From Neodothiora populina (taxonomy: Eukaryota), in NCBI RefSeq assembly GCF_041146345.1, contig NW_027191415.1:310001-374000 (forward strand): a stretch of DNA of 64,000 bases. Reading direction: 5' to 3'. The notes beneath the pieces were generated by a model. The model saw nothing but the letters and a program-made list of their open reading frames with translations, was not told where the DNA came from and ran no database searches. Positions 63,814-64,000 of the stretch are shown piece by piece. Position 1 is the first letter of the stretch, and each line of letters starts with the position of its first letter. The position numbers were made by a program, and so were the translations under genes.

Positions 63814-64000
63814 ATGGCAGACACTGTAGATGCAGAGGAAGAAGCTCTACAGCAATTACTAGGGACGACGTCTTTTGGGAAGCAGACCAAGGCAGCCAAG
63901 GCAGGAGATCGCTTCGAGCAAAGCAAGAGGAAGGTGTCAGGACAGCAAGAGGAAGGAACGAAGAATCGACATGGCGACAGTGATGAGGAGGAAAGGAACG
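63814..64000 (+). CDS. 5' end of probable WD40 protein (WDR70/Gad1-like), partial
   Basis: Open frame MADTVDAEEEALQQLLGTTSFGKQTKAAK...GDSDEEE runs to the window end. An SFGKQ motif followed by an acidic stretch resembles WDR70-family N-termini. No WD repeats are in the window. Confidence 0.55.
   Translation, partial: MADTVDAEEEALQQLLGTTSFGKQTKAAKAGDRFEQSKRKVSGQQEEGTKNRHGDSDEEERN

Overview
Eukaryotic, intron-rich DNA from a filamentous ascomycete (Pezizomycotina-type GT...CTRAC...YAG introns). It holds about 22 protein-coding loci. Clear housekeeping genes are RIB7, SEC10, RNA1 (RanGAP), COX17, NSR1/nucleolin, ATP1 and ABP1. Also present: a hybrid histidine kinase 3' end, glutaminase GtaA, an ankyrin protein, a NIPA-type transporter, two F-box-like proteins, a kelch/TM protein, a C2H2 transcription factor, a truncated HeLo-like/NACHT NLR and the 5' end of a WDR70-like gene. 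I found no tRNA, rRNA or CRISPR. The most striking feature is a 607-nt spliceosomal intron (34048-34654) in a highly conserved part of ATP1. It carries a decayed sense-strand ORF with two C-x2-C-x12-H-x5-H zinc fingers and is a candidate remnant of a mobile, homing-type spliceosomal intron. Other leads are a tail-anchored protein with a canonical Atg8-interacting motif (candidate mitophagy receptor), a hairpin-rich putative 5'UTR intron of NSR1 with five CAGTGGG copies, and an orphan repeat protein with putative processing sites. Gene models were assembled by eye, and family names come from motif recognition, not database searches.
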